From positions 24,988,001 through 25,052,000 of the forward strand of contig NC_086118.1 in assembly GCF_963921235.1 (NCBI RefSeq): 64,000 nt of DNA, in the 5' to 3' direction. Each line of letters opens with the position of its first letter. Positions within the stretch are counted from its first letter, which is position 1. Both the position numbers and the translations under genes were made by a program. Of the stretch, positions 49,160-62,632 are shown in pieces. The notes under the pieces are model-generated. The model was not told the origin of the DNA. It did not search any database and worked only from the letters and a program-made list of their open reading frames with translations. Source of the stretch: Mobula hypostoma (lineage: Eukaryota).

Positions 49160-49330
49160 GATTCAGAACCAGAATCACAATCAAATGTATCATAAAAGTT
49201 TTTGTTTTGTGGCGGCAGCACAATGCAAAGGTATACCATTAATATAAATTACAGAAATAAATATATAGAGCAAAAAAAAAAGAAAAACAAGGCAGTATTC
49301 ATGGATTTCAGAAATCTGACGGCAGAGGGA
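49160..49330 (-). mobile_element. Rex1-type 3' tail fragment
   Basis: cagaaccagaatca...gcagcacaatgcaa...ttcagaaatctgacggcagaggg. Confidence 0.6.
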
Positions 49331-49698
49331 ATTTGAGGAAGCAGTATGTGAACATGTAGTCACCCCTCTTGCACATCAATAACCTTCTGGCAAGTTATTG
49401 TTAATGCGCTAAATGCCAACTATATCAGTTAAGTATACCCTTACTTGCCTATATACTATTACCAAAGTCATGAATGTGTCTCTCAATCTAAGTTCATAAG
49501 GCAAAAAAACTGCTGATAAGATGGATTATAAACTTTCAGAAAGTTTTATTACGATCTGTAAATCCCTGAATGAGATGACATAATACATTGGTAATGAAAT
49601 AAAAACAGTAAACTCCGCAAATATTCATCTGCATCAGCAGGGATATAAACAGAAAAACTATTTCACATCAATGGCATTTCATCAGAAGAGTTTTAAAG

Positions 49699-49778
49699 CA
49701 GGGGTTCCCAACCTGGGGTCCACAGGGCCTTCGAGTAATGGTAGGGGTCCATGGCATAAAAAAGGTTGGGAACCTCTG
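49699..49778. mobile_element. 80-bp hAT (Charlie-like) MITE with 8-bp TSD
   Basis: TIRs caggggttcccaacct / aggttgggaacctctg and TSD ttttaaag at 49691-49698 and 49779-49786. Confidence 0.92.
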
Positions 49779-50329
49779 TTTTAAAGAAAAGGGATCAACC
49801 TGGAATGTCTGTATATCTCTCCACAGATGACATTGAGTACTAACAGGATTCTGTTTGAATTGCAAATTTCCAGCATCTGCCGTTTTTTTTTCACTTTTGT
49901 GTTTCATTAACCAGTTATCTCCCAACACGCACATCTTCCCTTTAAATATCCACATACTAGGGATAACTTTTTTTTAGATCTTTAGTGATCAGGTATTGAC
50001 TTTAACTGCCTATTCAAGTATAAAAATTGACGTACATATTAATGATTCAAATGCAACATTTTTGTGTATACTTTAAAAGTGGTTGCCAGATTTAATTTTG
50101 TTAATTTTTTCCCAAGACAGTCAATATCTTCCAAAGCGCAAGATGGTCCTTTTCCATGGTCATCTCTATGATTTGTTGATTGGTTCTTTATTATTAAACT
50201 AACTAGATCTTCAGTGTCACTAAAGACCATTCATGATTCAGGCTTTGCTGATTCAATATGTACGATGCTTAGATGTTTTAAAATCAACTCTACTAATTAC
50301 CCAGTAGCAATTTACAAAGAATGATGGTA

Positions 50330-51402
50330 TATTTCCACAGAACTTGTAAGGCTTTTGACAAGGGACCTGATGATTGGCTGATACTGAGCATTAAGGTGCC
50401 CTGGACCCATGGTGACATCATAGTTTGGATTCAGAATTGACTTGTCCATTGAAGACAAAGGGTAATGACGGAAGGATATTATTCTGGCTAGCAGTCTGTG
50501 ATCAATAGTGTTCTGCCGGGTTAGTGTTGGAACGTCTATTAGATAATGACTTGGATGAAAATGTAGGATTGCAGGTAACACAAAGATTGGTGGAATTTTG
50601 GATAGTGCAGAGAGAGGGCTGTTAGAGGATCAATATGGGTAGAGAAATGGCAGATGGACTTTAATTTAAGCAAGTGTATGATGTCGCAGTTTGAGACCTC
50701 TTGTTGCATGCGGATTTATACAGTACGGTAGCGGCATTGATGGACAGAGGGACGTGGGGGTCCAAGTCCATTGCTCACTGAAATGACCATCAGTAGAAAG
50801 GGTGGTAAAGAAGGCATCTAGTATGCTTGCCTTCATTGGTAAGGGATTTGAGTAAAAATCATGTTGAAGCAATATAAAACTTCGGTTAGGTTGCACTTGG
50901 AATGTGAGGATTCCTGGTCACCCCAATATAGGAAGGATGTAAAGCTTTTTGACAGGTTGCAGAAGAGATTTGCCAAAATGTTACTTGGATTAGAGGGCAT
51001 GAGCTATAACAACAGCTGGGCAAAATTGGGTTGTTTTGTCTGGAGCATGAGAGGCTGAGGGGAGACCTCTTAGAAGTTTATAAAATTATTAGAGAAATAG
51101 AGAGTGTAAACAGAATCTTTTTTGCAGAGTAGGAATGTCAAGTACTAGAGCGCATGTATTTAAGGGGAGGGAGAGGCAAATGTTTTACACAGAGAGGGCA
51201 GGAGATTGAATTGCACTGCCAGGGGTAATGGTGGAAGCAGATACAATAGTGGCATTTCAGAGACTGCTAGACACGTGAAAATAAAGGGAAAATCGAAGGA
51301 TATGATTGTGCACAGGCAGAAGAGATTTTGTTTAATTCAAGATTGTGTTCAGCATAGACACTGAGAGCCAAAGGACTTGCTTCTGTGCTGTACTGTTCTA
51401 TC
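50330..51402 (+). mobile_element. Degraded CR1 RT 3' half with tail
   Basis: KAFDK remnant, YKTSVRLHLECEDSWSPQYRKDV...LQKRFAKML, and tail tctgtgctgtactgttctat. Confidence 0.88.
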
Positions 51403-51949
51403 TTTTAGAACTGAATATTTTATAACTATGTTTTGAAAGGAAATGCTGAAAATGCAAAGTGTGAATATTGAAGTTAGAATTTTAGCCTGTCTTTATTTTA
51501 ATAAGGGGCTAAAAGGATCAAAATTGAGAGTGAAAACCAAGTGGAATATTTTTCTGAGATGATGAACATAAAGTTCTTTGGATTACAATTCTAAAATGCA
51601 TTGCTGGTGCACATTGGGAACTTTTGAAGTGAATGCTGATGAGAGATTACTGCAATGTATTTACAATAAATAGAATATAATTGTACACATTATTCAAACA
51701 AAAATAGAATCATGAGAATCTGTCATGACTAACTGAAATCATTAGAGAAGTAACAGATAGAGGCAAGATGAAGGCTAAACATCAGTCCTTTCCCAAAGAA
51801 TGCTCTGAAAAATGTAAGAGAATGCGTAACTACTGAATGGTTGCAGTGTGATTAATTGCAAGTCAGAAAACAGAAGAAATGCTACTTTATCAGTGTGGAG
51901 CAAGGTGCAAAATGGGTGCTCTTGTATATGAAACTGAGTTAAATGATAT

Positions 51950-52370
51950 CTAGATTTTAGAATCAAAAGTATAATTTCAATGTTGTAAAGAAATGTGACA
52001 AATTACAAGAAGCCATTAAATGAAATTGCTGCATGTAGACATGAATGACTCATAAATTTCAACATGGATAAATGTGAGTTGTTATGTTGTGCTCTGAAAA
52101 ATATATTGTCAGGGAAGAAATCCTAATGAGGTGAAGGAAGAAAGATTTCTAGGAGAATACTTGCTCAAATCACTGAGACTAGAGATGCAGGTTAACAAGA
52201 CCTTAACCAAAGCAAACCAAGCATTAGCATATATCTTCCTGAAGGATACAATTGAAAAATTGGAATTATGCTGATTGTGTTTTGAACTTTGGTTATACTT
52301 CACTTAATATATCATATTTATATATTATATGTCCCATCAAATAATAAAAAGGATAGAGAGACCGGATTGG
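51950..52370 (+). mobile_element. Very old CR1 RT remnant
   Basis: aatttcaacatggataaatgtgag (FN.DKC) and aaagcaaaccaagcattag remnants. Confidence 0.45.
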
Positions 52371-53484
52371 GTGCATTTTGATTCCACTGTACAGTATTCA
52401 AAACCCGTTTAGCATAATTCCTCTCATTTTTAATTATATCCAACAGGAAACTGAACAACCAGTGTCTGCTTTTTTTTAAAAAGTTAAGGTTCATAGGTGG
52501 CCAATAAATGACCTTATATAATTATATTGAGATCCAGGAGACTGTATATAGGAGCAATCATTTTTGCAATCAGGATTTTTAAACTATTTATGTGTTAAGC
52601 ATTTAAATTGGCAGACAGAATATTCAGATTGGGTGTGATACAATCACATTGCCGTAAAGCAAGTATATCATGTGACTTTTCTGTTCTATCAGTGTTATAC
52701 ACATAGATATGCAGGCAACACTATGTTCTTGCACTACCAAAACTGTGAAAGATTTAAATAGAATTATCCTTTCTATTTGTTGGAGAAAACAAAGGCAAAA
52801 TAAGAACCAGAATTAAGTGGTGTCAATAATTGAAATCTGAATTAAAATTAGAACATTCTGGAATTACTCGGCAAGTCAGGCAGTATCTGTGAAGATAAAA
52901 ATCAATCATGATAAATCAGTAACCTTTTATCAGAGCTAAGAAAAGTTAAGGGGTTGAAGGAAACAAAGTTGAAGTTCTGCTGCAGGATGCAGACCAGGAA
53001 AGACTGAATGGCACATGGGGTAGTGGTTCTGGATGAAAGGAGATAATAAATAACAGCCACTGTGTTTGGGGTGCTCTGAATACAAAGATATAATTTAAGT
53101 CTGAAATTTCCAGAAGAGATAAAGAGGAAAAAAATGAAGTCTGGAAATGTAAGAAACATTTTTTGAATACATTGTTATGTCCAAAAGGCAGTAATCTTCC
53201 CGGTAGGAAGATGAGGTGCTGTTCCTCAAAGCCAGGACTGAAGATGCTAGATATCCTATTTTATAAAAGAGAAAGAAAGTTGTAGATGAACTTGATGTAT
53301 TCCCAGATAAAGCCAATATTGCACATTGCAGTTTTTATTGAAGGTGAAGAGGGATGAAAGTGTGCAGTGGCCTTCCTAACCAAAACTGTTTGAGTAGTGT
53401 ACTTTTTTACAAACTTAGCACTTATGAACTTTTGTGGTTTCTGAACTGCTTGGAGGCTTGTAATCAAAATGTAATGGTCAGGTC

Positions 53485-53862
53485 TCACAGACAGGTAAAG
53501 GGCTTATTTAAAAACAAATAAAGAACAGATGCTGGAAATCTGAAATAAGAAGAGAAAGTGATGGATGTATTCTGCACCATCATCAGAACTGGAAAGATAA
53601 GAAAGCAAGTAAGTTTCAAGTTGCAGAGAAGAGGGTGTATTGAGGGAATTTCCATGATCGGGTAGATCATCCAGTGACACAAGTGCATTTGATGCTGTCT
53701 GGGAGATGGTGATAAGTGCTTGCTAATCACAGTTGATCTGTCAGGAGGAGATGTAAACAGAAGGGGGTGGACCCTCCATTTGATATCCCTAGTGTAGAGG
53801 AACTCGTGTTATGAGCACCATATACTGTACCATATATTAAATTGTAACTAGTATGTTAACCA
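53485..53862. repeat. 378-bp direct repeat, copy 1 (contains a degraded Penelope tail)
   Basis: Matches 54656-55033 with about 7 substitutions by eye and no indels. Confidence 0.95.
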
Positions 53863-54480
53863 GTGCTTCATCTGGAAGAGGTAGTTAGATCCTCGGGTGA
53901 CAGGAAGGGGAGGTAAAAGGACAAGTGTTGCGAATGCTGCTGTTGCATGGGAAGGTGCCATGAGAAGCACATTGTGCATGGGTGAAGACAGAGGAGTGGA
54001 CAAGAGGGTACCTGAGGGAACAGTCCTTTCAGAATACTGATAGAAGAGGCAGAGGTGGGAGAAGATGTGTCTGGTGGTGGCATTGTGTCGTAAGTATTGA
54101 AAACTGTGGAGGATGATGTGCTCAAAGTGAGTGTCGGTGAGTAGTAGGTGAGGACAGGAGAAACCATATTTTTATTGTCGGTGTGTGAGGAGAGCTGAAA
54201 TGCAGAAAATGATGCAGATGCAGTTAGAGCCTGGCCAGTTCTGATAGAAGGGAAATCACAGTCTGGGTAAGAAGAAGACATCGTTGATGCACAGGTATGG
54301 GAAGTGGTTTTGCCAGACAGATGGAAGGGGCAGAAAAAAACAGAATGGGAAGGAGTCCTTATAGGAAACAGAGTGGGAGGAACTGTAGGCATTGTAGCTG
54401 TGGACTTACAATGGACACTGTTTCTTAACCTGAGCCACAAATTGGAGATACAGAAGTTGAGAATGTATCAACTTCTGAAG
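53863..54480 (-). mobile_element. Degraded Penelope-like ORF fragment
   Basis: V.PVLTYY.P and GTFPC..QHS..C remnants homologous to 37560-37830. Confidence 0.7.
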
Positions 54481-54655
54481 ATGAGTTCTGAATATGAAGT
54501 TGAGAACAGGGTAGAAAAGAAGGTGACACTTTTAATTCTTTAAAAGAGGAGGAAGTGATACCAAAACAATGTGCCGGAGAGGGGAATAGAATAGACTGGA
54601 AAGAAAGACTATTCCATCTATCTTTCAAAGAAACAGACCTTGAACCTATGCAGAT

Positions 54656-55033
54656 TCACAGACAGGTAAAGGGCTTATTTAAAAACAAATAAAGAACAGA
54701 TGATGGAAATCTGAAATAAGAAGAGAAAGTGATGGATGTATTCTGCACCATCATCAGAACTGGAAAGATAAGAAAGCAAGTAAGTTTCAAGTTGCAGAGA
54801 AGAAGGTGTATTGAGGGAATTTCCATGATCGGGCAGATCGTCCAGTGACACAAGTACATTTGATGCTGTCTGGGAGATGGTGGTAATTGCTTGCTAATCA
54901 CAGTTGATCTGTCAGGAGGAGATGTAAACAGAAGGGGGTGGACCCTCCATTTGATATCCCTAGTGTAGAGGAACTCGTGTTATGAGCACCATATACTGTA
55001 CCATATATTAAATTGTAACTAGTATGTTAACCA
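54656..55033. repeat. 378-bp direct repeat, copy 2
   Basis: See copy 1. Confidence 0.95.
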
Positions 55034-55456
55034 TTAAGTGAATTTGAAGTAAGTGAATTAAAGGAGAAACCTTCGAATGTTAGAATAAGCTTACCCAGGA
55101 TGATGTTTGAAGAGAGCTGAATAATGAAGAGATGGAGGGCTGTGAGATGATCCTAGTGTGAGATGGAAGTATAGAGAGAATGGAAATCTTTGATCTGGTG
55201 AAAACGAATTAGTTGAGGCTAGGAAAATGGTAACTATAGAGCTCCTATCCCATGTGTACCTGTTGTAAAAGTTATTCAAGTGTTTAATTTTGTTTAATAT
55301 GGTTATATATTTAGACGGAGAAATTCTTTTGACAAAATGCCACAATATCATTCCAACCCTAAAAACTGAATGAATCTTAGAAGGCATAGCACTAGAAAAA
55401 CAGGGCTACATGTCTGAATTTCCAGGTCCATGTAATCTCCCCATTTTAACCCATGT

Positions 55457-55660
55457 ACACAAGAACGTAAGAAATAGGAGCAGGAGTAGGCCATCTGGCC
55501 TGTCGATCCTGCTTCACCATTCAATAAGATCATGGCTGATCTGACCATGGACTTATCTCCACCTACTTACCTTTTCCCCATAACCTTTAATTCCCCTACT
55601 GTGCAAAAATCTCTCCAAACCTTTCTTAAATATATTTACTGAGGCAGCCTCCACTACTTC
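55457..55660 (-). mobile_element. CR1 3' tail within a degenerate minisatellite
   Basis: aagaaataggagcaggagtaggccatc...catggctgatctg. The flanks repeat tccatgtaatctccccattttaacccatgt. Confidence 0.85.
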
Positions 55661-56574
55661 TCCCTATGTAATTTCCCTGTTTCTAGGTCTATGTAATTTA
55701 GGTCTGTGTAATTTCTAGCTCCATGTAATCTCCCCATTTTAACCCATGTGATCTCCCTATGTTAACCCAGCCACAGGATGAAGATTTATTTTAATCTGGA
55801 TCTTTTCCTTCAATTTTTTGTAATGTTGATTTTTGTTAAACATAATTTTAAATATTATGCAAATTATGCTAATACAGTACTCACACATACAGAGAACAAT
55901 CTGAACCTGAATATTGATTAGGTAATCATGATGCAACTTGCTATTCACATTCTTCTCAAAAAAATTCTGGTTGAATTTTGTTTGGATACATATTTTTTTC
56001 CAGAACTATTTAATCTACAGTATAAGAAAAAAATATATATTTATACTGTATACTGTATATTCGTCAGCTTTTAATGAAATTGTAATTTGAATATAGGGCT
56101 AGGCTTCTTGAGAAAATTCATTGGATCCACAGATAACAGGGAGATGTGTTGCTATGTATCCTGCAGGTGATTTCAGGGTCTCCTGCACTTGTAAACACTA
56201 ATTTGGAAGTCCCAGACTTCCTGGGAAAGCCCTGCTACTGTCATTCTGACCATGCTCCAGCGTCCAACAACAGTGCATCAACTTCCTGCAGAATCCACTT
56301 GGGACTCCACTTGTGGAATATTCAGTGACTTCAAAATAAGTCAAAGAGGAAATGGAACAATTTAGCATTTTATTGACAATGGGGTTAATTTAAATGTTTT
56401 TACTACTCTTTGCATTTTTATTGTTTTGCTTTACCTGTTGAAATGGAATACCATGGTAAGAGATCGTCACAATTTACTCGTCTTCCTTGAAACAACGTGT
56501 ATTCAAAATCTATGCTGTACTCTCAGCGAAAACTCTCAGAGCACAGAAAGGGACTATTTTGAAGAAATTGTTTA

Positions 56575-56920
56575 GGCTCACTCTGTGTTACATTGGTGCA
56601 TCAGTTCATGCTGCTGTCTCAAAGCTCAACTCTGAGCTCATGTGCTGTGTATGGAGTTTGCAAGCTGTTCTGGAATTACTTGGATTTTCCCTGTGTATTG
56701 CATATTCCTCCCATCTCCCAAAGATGTGCTGGTAGGCTCATTGATTACTGTGAGCTAACTCCACAGGCAGATATGCTGCAAAACACATCAAGGGGGATTT
56801 AGTTGGCCTGTAAAAGAGAGAACAAGTTATAAAGTTACAAGAAAATGTGGGGCTGATGCAACCACATTGCTAGTAGCTGATGTTGATCTGATGGGCAGAC
56901 TGGCCTCCTTCTGCCTTGTA
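56575..56920 (+). mobile_element. Degraded V-SINE-like element
   Basis: gtgtatggagtttgca...ttcctcccatctcccaaagatgtgctggtagg. Confidence 0.65.
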
Positions 56921-59029
56921 TTAAGTCATTGTCAAAGAATAAGAACAGTGCCCAAATAAAAATTTAGTGGCTTGAGTTTCTGAATATTGGTCCTCATTTC
57001 ATTTTTTAAAAATGTGTCACCATTAAACTGACTAGCTTGTACTGTGACGGCTTTTCTACAAGTACTGTTTTTTTTCGTGCCTATTTGCCAGCCAAGAATG
57101 AAGCAATTTGTTCTGAAGTATATAATAGTGCAGGGTGGAGTGATGGGTAGAATCCAAAATTAAGTTGTATAACTGTTTGATGACACCAGCTGCTGAAGGC
57201 ACAGATTTGTTTTGTGGAAAGGCTATTTTCCATCAATGGTTCAGTGAGAAAGTATCACTAAGGACCAAACAAACTATGCAATGGAACTGCATTCTTACAG
57301 ATGTTGGTCAGCTAATGGCTGCTGAGAGGATGAAACATACAGGATATTGCAACATTTGCAGTGGACTGGAAGAAAATATTAATGTGCTATGCTATATTAT
57401 AAATATAACTGTACCTGTTACCAGAAGTTGACAGATGTTTTCCACCGCTACAGCTGTGTTGTCAAGCCACATGAGAAATTCCCAGACTAAAATTCAAGCT
57501 ATTGTATGAAAATCCTGGAAAGAAATATAAATATCAATGTCAGGAATATTTTTGGATCTTGTGACTGGTTGTCAATCAAACAAAATGATTCAGTGTAGCA
57601 ATTAAGCACCCTGAAATCCCAGTAATTTAGAACGTGGAAATATATATATAAAATATAGCTCCACCTGCCTGCCTTTCCCCCATAACCCTTAATTCCCCTA
57701 CTATGCAAAAATACACACACTCTTTGACATACAGACTCATTCAATCTGTTGGAGAAGAATTTTGTTAATACTAGATAATGAGCTTTCTACATGCCTGTTC
57801 TTTACACTGGAATGCCTTTACTGATCCATCAGCTCACCACACACCATATGATATATCCATTCTGCCGTTCAGTAGCCACCTCTTAGGAGCCAGCATTCAT
57901 ATCCGTTCCCGATGTAAGTCTAGTCATATAATGCTTCTGATTTCAAGGACAAAAATAAGATTATGACAAGACGAGAAGAGACGGGGACAAATCAAGGCCA
58001 GTTAACGCATTGAAGCTTATCTGACGAAGGCACTACCTTTTCTATTGTAGTGTTTAATTCTAATATTTTAAATGTTTTTATTTCATCTACCCAAAGAGTT
58101 ATGTTATTTGAAATTCTTTAATTATTTATTTTTGGAACTTTGAAACTGATTTTAAAAGTAATGTCATCTTCTCCTACGTCCTGTCTTTCTTTGCTGAACG
58201 TATATAAAACACGATATTTCTGGTGTTGAACATCAGCTGCCCAGTACACCTGGCCACCCTTGAAATAGTGTTTTCTCTTTGGGATCTCAGCCTCTCCTTT
58301 TTGTATTGTCAATAAATCTGATAAGCTTATGTTTAATTTCAGTACTGGGTTGTTTGTGTTTGCTCATGCATTAGCTCTGTTTTATCCTGCTCAATATTTC
58401 AACGTTATTCTTTTCAATGATTATTTACATTTTAACCCTGCTTTCAAAGGTATTTTAGCCCAATGCTTTATCTTGGTCGTCAGTGTAATCAGTAGTCCTT
58501 TATACAAAGCATTCCAAACCAAAAAATCCCAGAATGCATCAAAGAATTCTATTATCACCTTTTATCTAACAGTTGGGGGATTTTAAAACTAAGTTGAGGG
58601 AAAGCATTCTCGCTGGCTGTCTGTTCTTCATTAAATTAGTAGTATACAAGAACTCCATGCTCAATCTAGAACTAAAAAGTCTTTGTGTTTTATTCAGTGT
58701 TGATGACTTAATTGATTTTCACCTTGAGCTTGGTACATAAAATAATTCTATTGTTGGATGGCTGAGTAATGCTACTGCATACTCTAAGCTATATGTCCAA
58801 AACCTATATTAAGTATAAAAAAAAGTTTCATAATCATTTATGCTTGCTGGAGCATACTGTACATATTTCATTTTTGTTCCTTTTTTTCAGATCTTTAATA
58901 TTATCTGACCCAGTATTTGTAAGATAGTTCTCCCAAACAGGTCTCAGAACTTCAGGCTATTTTGTCCATTTTAAAATTTAGTTGGTTCCATTATCCGGTG
59001 ATTTAGAGCACATTCAATTTAGGGCTGCA

Positions 59030-59320
59030 GTTAGCCTCTCCCTGTAATCTTCTAAATTCTAAGGTTCTGAGAGAGATTGACAGCCAGACGCTGGGAGGCT
59101 ATTTACAATTAGTGGCGAGTTGAGAACCATGTGGTGAGGTCTCAAGATAAAATGTCAGCTTTATCTTGGAAGACCAAGATGTTTGGATTTTAAGGGAAGC
59201 AAAAGATAAAGGGATTAAAGATGAATGTGGGCTTTAAGATTAAGGTGATGGTGATCTTGTTGAAAAGCAGAGGCCATTCAAGGGCAATAGAGCTTAGTCC
59301 TGTATTTCTTGCATTCTTTT
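59030..59320 (+). mobile_element. Degraded CR1 3' end
   Basis: KILRF.EIDS.D..RLF remnant and CR1-like tail. Confidence 0.55.
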
Positions 59321-59668
59321 ATCTTTAATTTTCAGCACCTTGGCACATGACCCATCTACATATGATTGTCATTGTGATGTTGTTTGATTTATGTGAAAAC
59401 AATTTCAAAATTAAATCTCAAATGAAATAAATGCTGAGAAGGTCTGACTGCAAATATTGCAACATCCCTGTGATGGTATGGTTCAGAAAAAGAATGAGTG
59501 CTTCTTGCTGGTTGAAATTAGAAATATATATTACTTGACCACAAATATTAGGAACTAATTTTGTGCCTTCCATACCCAAAATGGTATATTCATCTGTGTT
59601 TTTTTAATCAAATAGTCAATATGTTAGGGCATTGACTTTTAGTTGCTTTTGTTAACCTGTTTTGATTG

Positions 59669-59862
59669 TGTAGTGTATTTAATACAGTATTTTAGTAATA
59701 TATGAGTAATAATATTGGAAATATATTGTTTGATGAAGTATTCTTTTTTTTTGCTTACATAATTCATCTCGGGTTATACGTAAGAATTATGTGAATAGCA
59801 TACGTCATTCCATCACCACGTCATATGTGAGCACCTCACTAAAGAGAAACTAAGTGGACACA
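59669..59862 (+). mobile_element. Partial solo LTR related to the LTRs of the 23465-26360 element
   Basis: ggttatacgtaa...gtgaa..gcatacgtcat...caccacgt...cacctc..taaag matches the reverse complement of 23540-23700. Confidence 0.7.
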
Positions 59863-61277
59863 TTATCCTGTTAGTTTGCCTCTCATAATTTGTAATCAGC
59901 AAAATGGGATACTAGCTGGATCATGGGAAGTGGCTGAAAAGAACTGGGAGGTCTGGGAAATGCATGCAAAAGTCAGCAGGCTCTGGAAGGCCTTAACATA
60001 GTGTTATTTCAAAATTTTGGGGTTTTCAGATTGAAGGGTGGTATCTTCAGTAGGAACACTGGCAAACATGAGATACAAGGCAAGATATTAGTGATATTAG
60101 GTGTGGTTCCAATGACAACATTATTGATATGTATTCAAATTCCATTCCAGATACTTGTAGCATGGAGGACCCCTATTGCACATTGAGGGTGGGTGTTCTT
60201 CAGAGGAAATTTTGAATGATAAGCTTATTAGACTGTTGTAAAAGAATTAGTTGCCTTATTTTCTACCTTCTCAGTCTCTCTACCTGTCTCTGAACAAATA
60301 TTATCAAAACTACTATCCTATCAGTATTAAGTTCCCTAAATTGCAGATTTTTTCTCGACTTCTAATGTGTTCCATTAGCCATAAAGTGTGTTGAGATATT
60401 CAGAGGTTGTTCACTATAAAATTCATTTAGTTCTTTCAATTGAGAGGAGTTTTGAAAGAAATTTGTGCCAAATGTACTGTAATAATATTCCACAGCTGGC
60501 ACTTATCTCAGAGTTCTGAGCAATGCTAAGGACAGGGAGCCTTCCCACTGTCACTTAGAGGTCCTCCAAGAATAAAGTGTACTCATTTTGTTGTATAACG
60601 TGAAAAGCAGGGGCACGTAAATAGCTAAAGTAGTTGGTGAACTGAAAGCTTTTGTTTATCTGTTTGATGCTTCAGAAAATAGTGCAAGAGAATGCAAAGG
60701 TTTTGGCAAAGGAAGTATAAACATGAATTCAAATTTAGTAAATGGTGACAGCTAAAGCTGGCAGTGAAGAGGAGACAGCAAACTAAGCATAATTAACTGC
60801 TCAAGGTGGAAGGTGTGGAATTTATCATGACAGTAGTTTGAAATACTGGAGTATTGTATTCTCAGCCATTTTAAGATGTCAGTTTTGGAATTTCTGTTAT
60901 TTACAGAACAACATTTGTAGGTTAAGAAAAATTGAGCAGGAATACCTAATTCTGATTAAATACCACTGCGTGCGGTTCTCCACTACCAATTTTTATTAGC
61001 ATATATACTTAAATATATATATTCTTAGCTGTTTGGGTTTTGTATCTTTGTTTTTTTCTCCAGCGGTTTTCCACAGATAAACAGGGACTTTACAATACTG
61101 TCTGTGTAGCCCCATTTCTTTCATAATACAATGTAATCAGTGCACTTGGATCAAGCTGAAGGAAAACACAGACTGATTGCTCAGCAACTTCATCTGTTGA
61201 GTGGCCAATTCATTCTTGTTTGGAGAGTGCTGATGCAGCCAAGTCACATGGAATGAAATAAGAATGATTGGGACATA

Positions 61278-61823
61278 TACTCAATGGCCACTTTGTTAGG
61301 TACACCTGAACACCTGAACACCTGCCTGTTAATGCAAATATCTAATTAGCCCATCATGTGACAGCAACTCAGTACATAAAAGCATGCAGACATGGTCAAG
61401 AGGTTCAGATATTGTTCACACTAAACATCAGAATGGGGAATGTGATCTAAGTAACTTTGATCATGCAATGATCATTGGTGCCAGACAGGGTGATTTGAGT
61501 ATCTCAGAAATTGTTGATCTGCTGGGAGTTTCATGCCCAAAGTCTCTAGCGTTTAAAGAGAATGCTCGAAAAACAAGAACAAAAATCCAGTGAGTGTCAT
61601 TTCTGTAGGTGAAAACACCTTGTCAATGAGAGAAGTCAGAGGAGAATGGCCAGACTGATTCAAACTGATAGGAAGGCAACAGTAACTCACATAAGCGCAT
61701 GCTACAATAGTGGTTTACAGAAGAGCATCTCTGTATGCACAACGTTTCAACCCTTGAAGTGGATGGGCAACAGCAGCAGAAGACAACAAGCAAGTAGGTA
61801 CCTAATAAAGTGGCCAGAGAGTG
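61278..61823 (+). mobile_element. Tc1-like DNA transposon, internally deleted
   Basis: TIRs (c)actcaatggccactttgttaggtac / gtacctaataaagtggccagagagtg with TA flanks. Transposase N-terminus CDLSNFDHAMIIGARQGDLSISEIVDLLG and MARLIQTDRKATVT. Confidence 0.92.
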
Positions 61824-62403
61824 TATAAGAAAGGGGTTTACAATTTACTTCATCATCCAGAGCTTGGGATGAAAATTTAAACACCATGTGCAGTCATGGT
61901 TGATGGACTGTAACTGGTGATGCGTATAATTGAGTGTGTAAGAACAGATGCTATGTATCATTTCTGCTTCTCGTGATAATGGGTTCCCAGTACTTACTTA
62001 CAGGCTTGGACAAAAAGGTCATCCCATTTTTTGCAATAGTTGGCAGACATAGCAGTGGATATTGAGGGACCTAAGGCTGATATTATCTGTGGAATCTTAT
62101 TTTAAGCAGTAGTTTTCTGGAGGTAAATGAAGAAGAGAGATCTTACCCTGCTGCTAATTTGCACTTTGCTTCACAGTTTAATTCTGTCCTTGGAATGAAT
62201 ATTATGTCAATACACTACTGACATATCACTTCACCACCTACAGAAGGCTTCCTCAGTATTTCAGTTTATTTTCAGCAATAACTTAATGAAGGACATCCTC
62301 AAAAAACATGAGAAACACCTGACAAAGTTTGGCTGTCAGAAGTATACTTTACATCAGCAAAATTTCTTATAAAAATATGTATAGCAACACAGGACAAAGT
62401 CAA

Positions 62404-62632
62404 TTCACACACAAACAAGAGAAAATCTACAGATGCTGGAAATCTGAGCCACACACACAAAATGCTGGATGAACTCAGCAGGCCACACAGCGTCTGTGGA
62501 AAGGAGAATAGTCGATGTTTCGAGCCGAAACCATTTGGCAGGACTGGAGAAGGGTTTCGGCCCGAAATGTTGACTGTATTCTTTTCCTAGATGCTGCCTG
62601 GCCCACTGAGTTCTTCCAGCATTTTCTGTGTG
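62404..62632. mobile_element. Fold-back element of two inverted Penelope pseudo-LTR tails with TSD
   Basis: The arms (~62452-62535, ~62550-62632) are reverse complements. TSD aaagtcaa at 62396-62403 and 62633-62640. Confidence 0.85.

Noticed and set aside
53868..54440. 190-aa ORF as a novel gene
   Set aside because: Low-complexity reading through a decayed Penelope fragment.
53485..55033. LTR retrotransposon (direct repeats as LTRs)
   Set aside because: No TG start, PBS, PPT or TSD, and the interior is Penelope-like.
58870..58925. Exon after a strong polypyrimidine-AG acceptor (a similar acceptor lies near 61063)
   Set aside because: Weak or missing donor, early stops and no recognisable peptide. 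Such tracts are common in AT-rich DNA.
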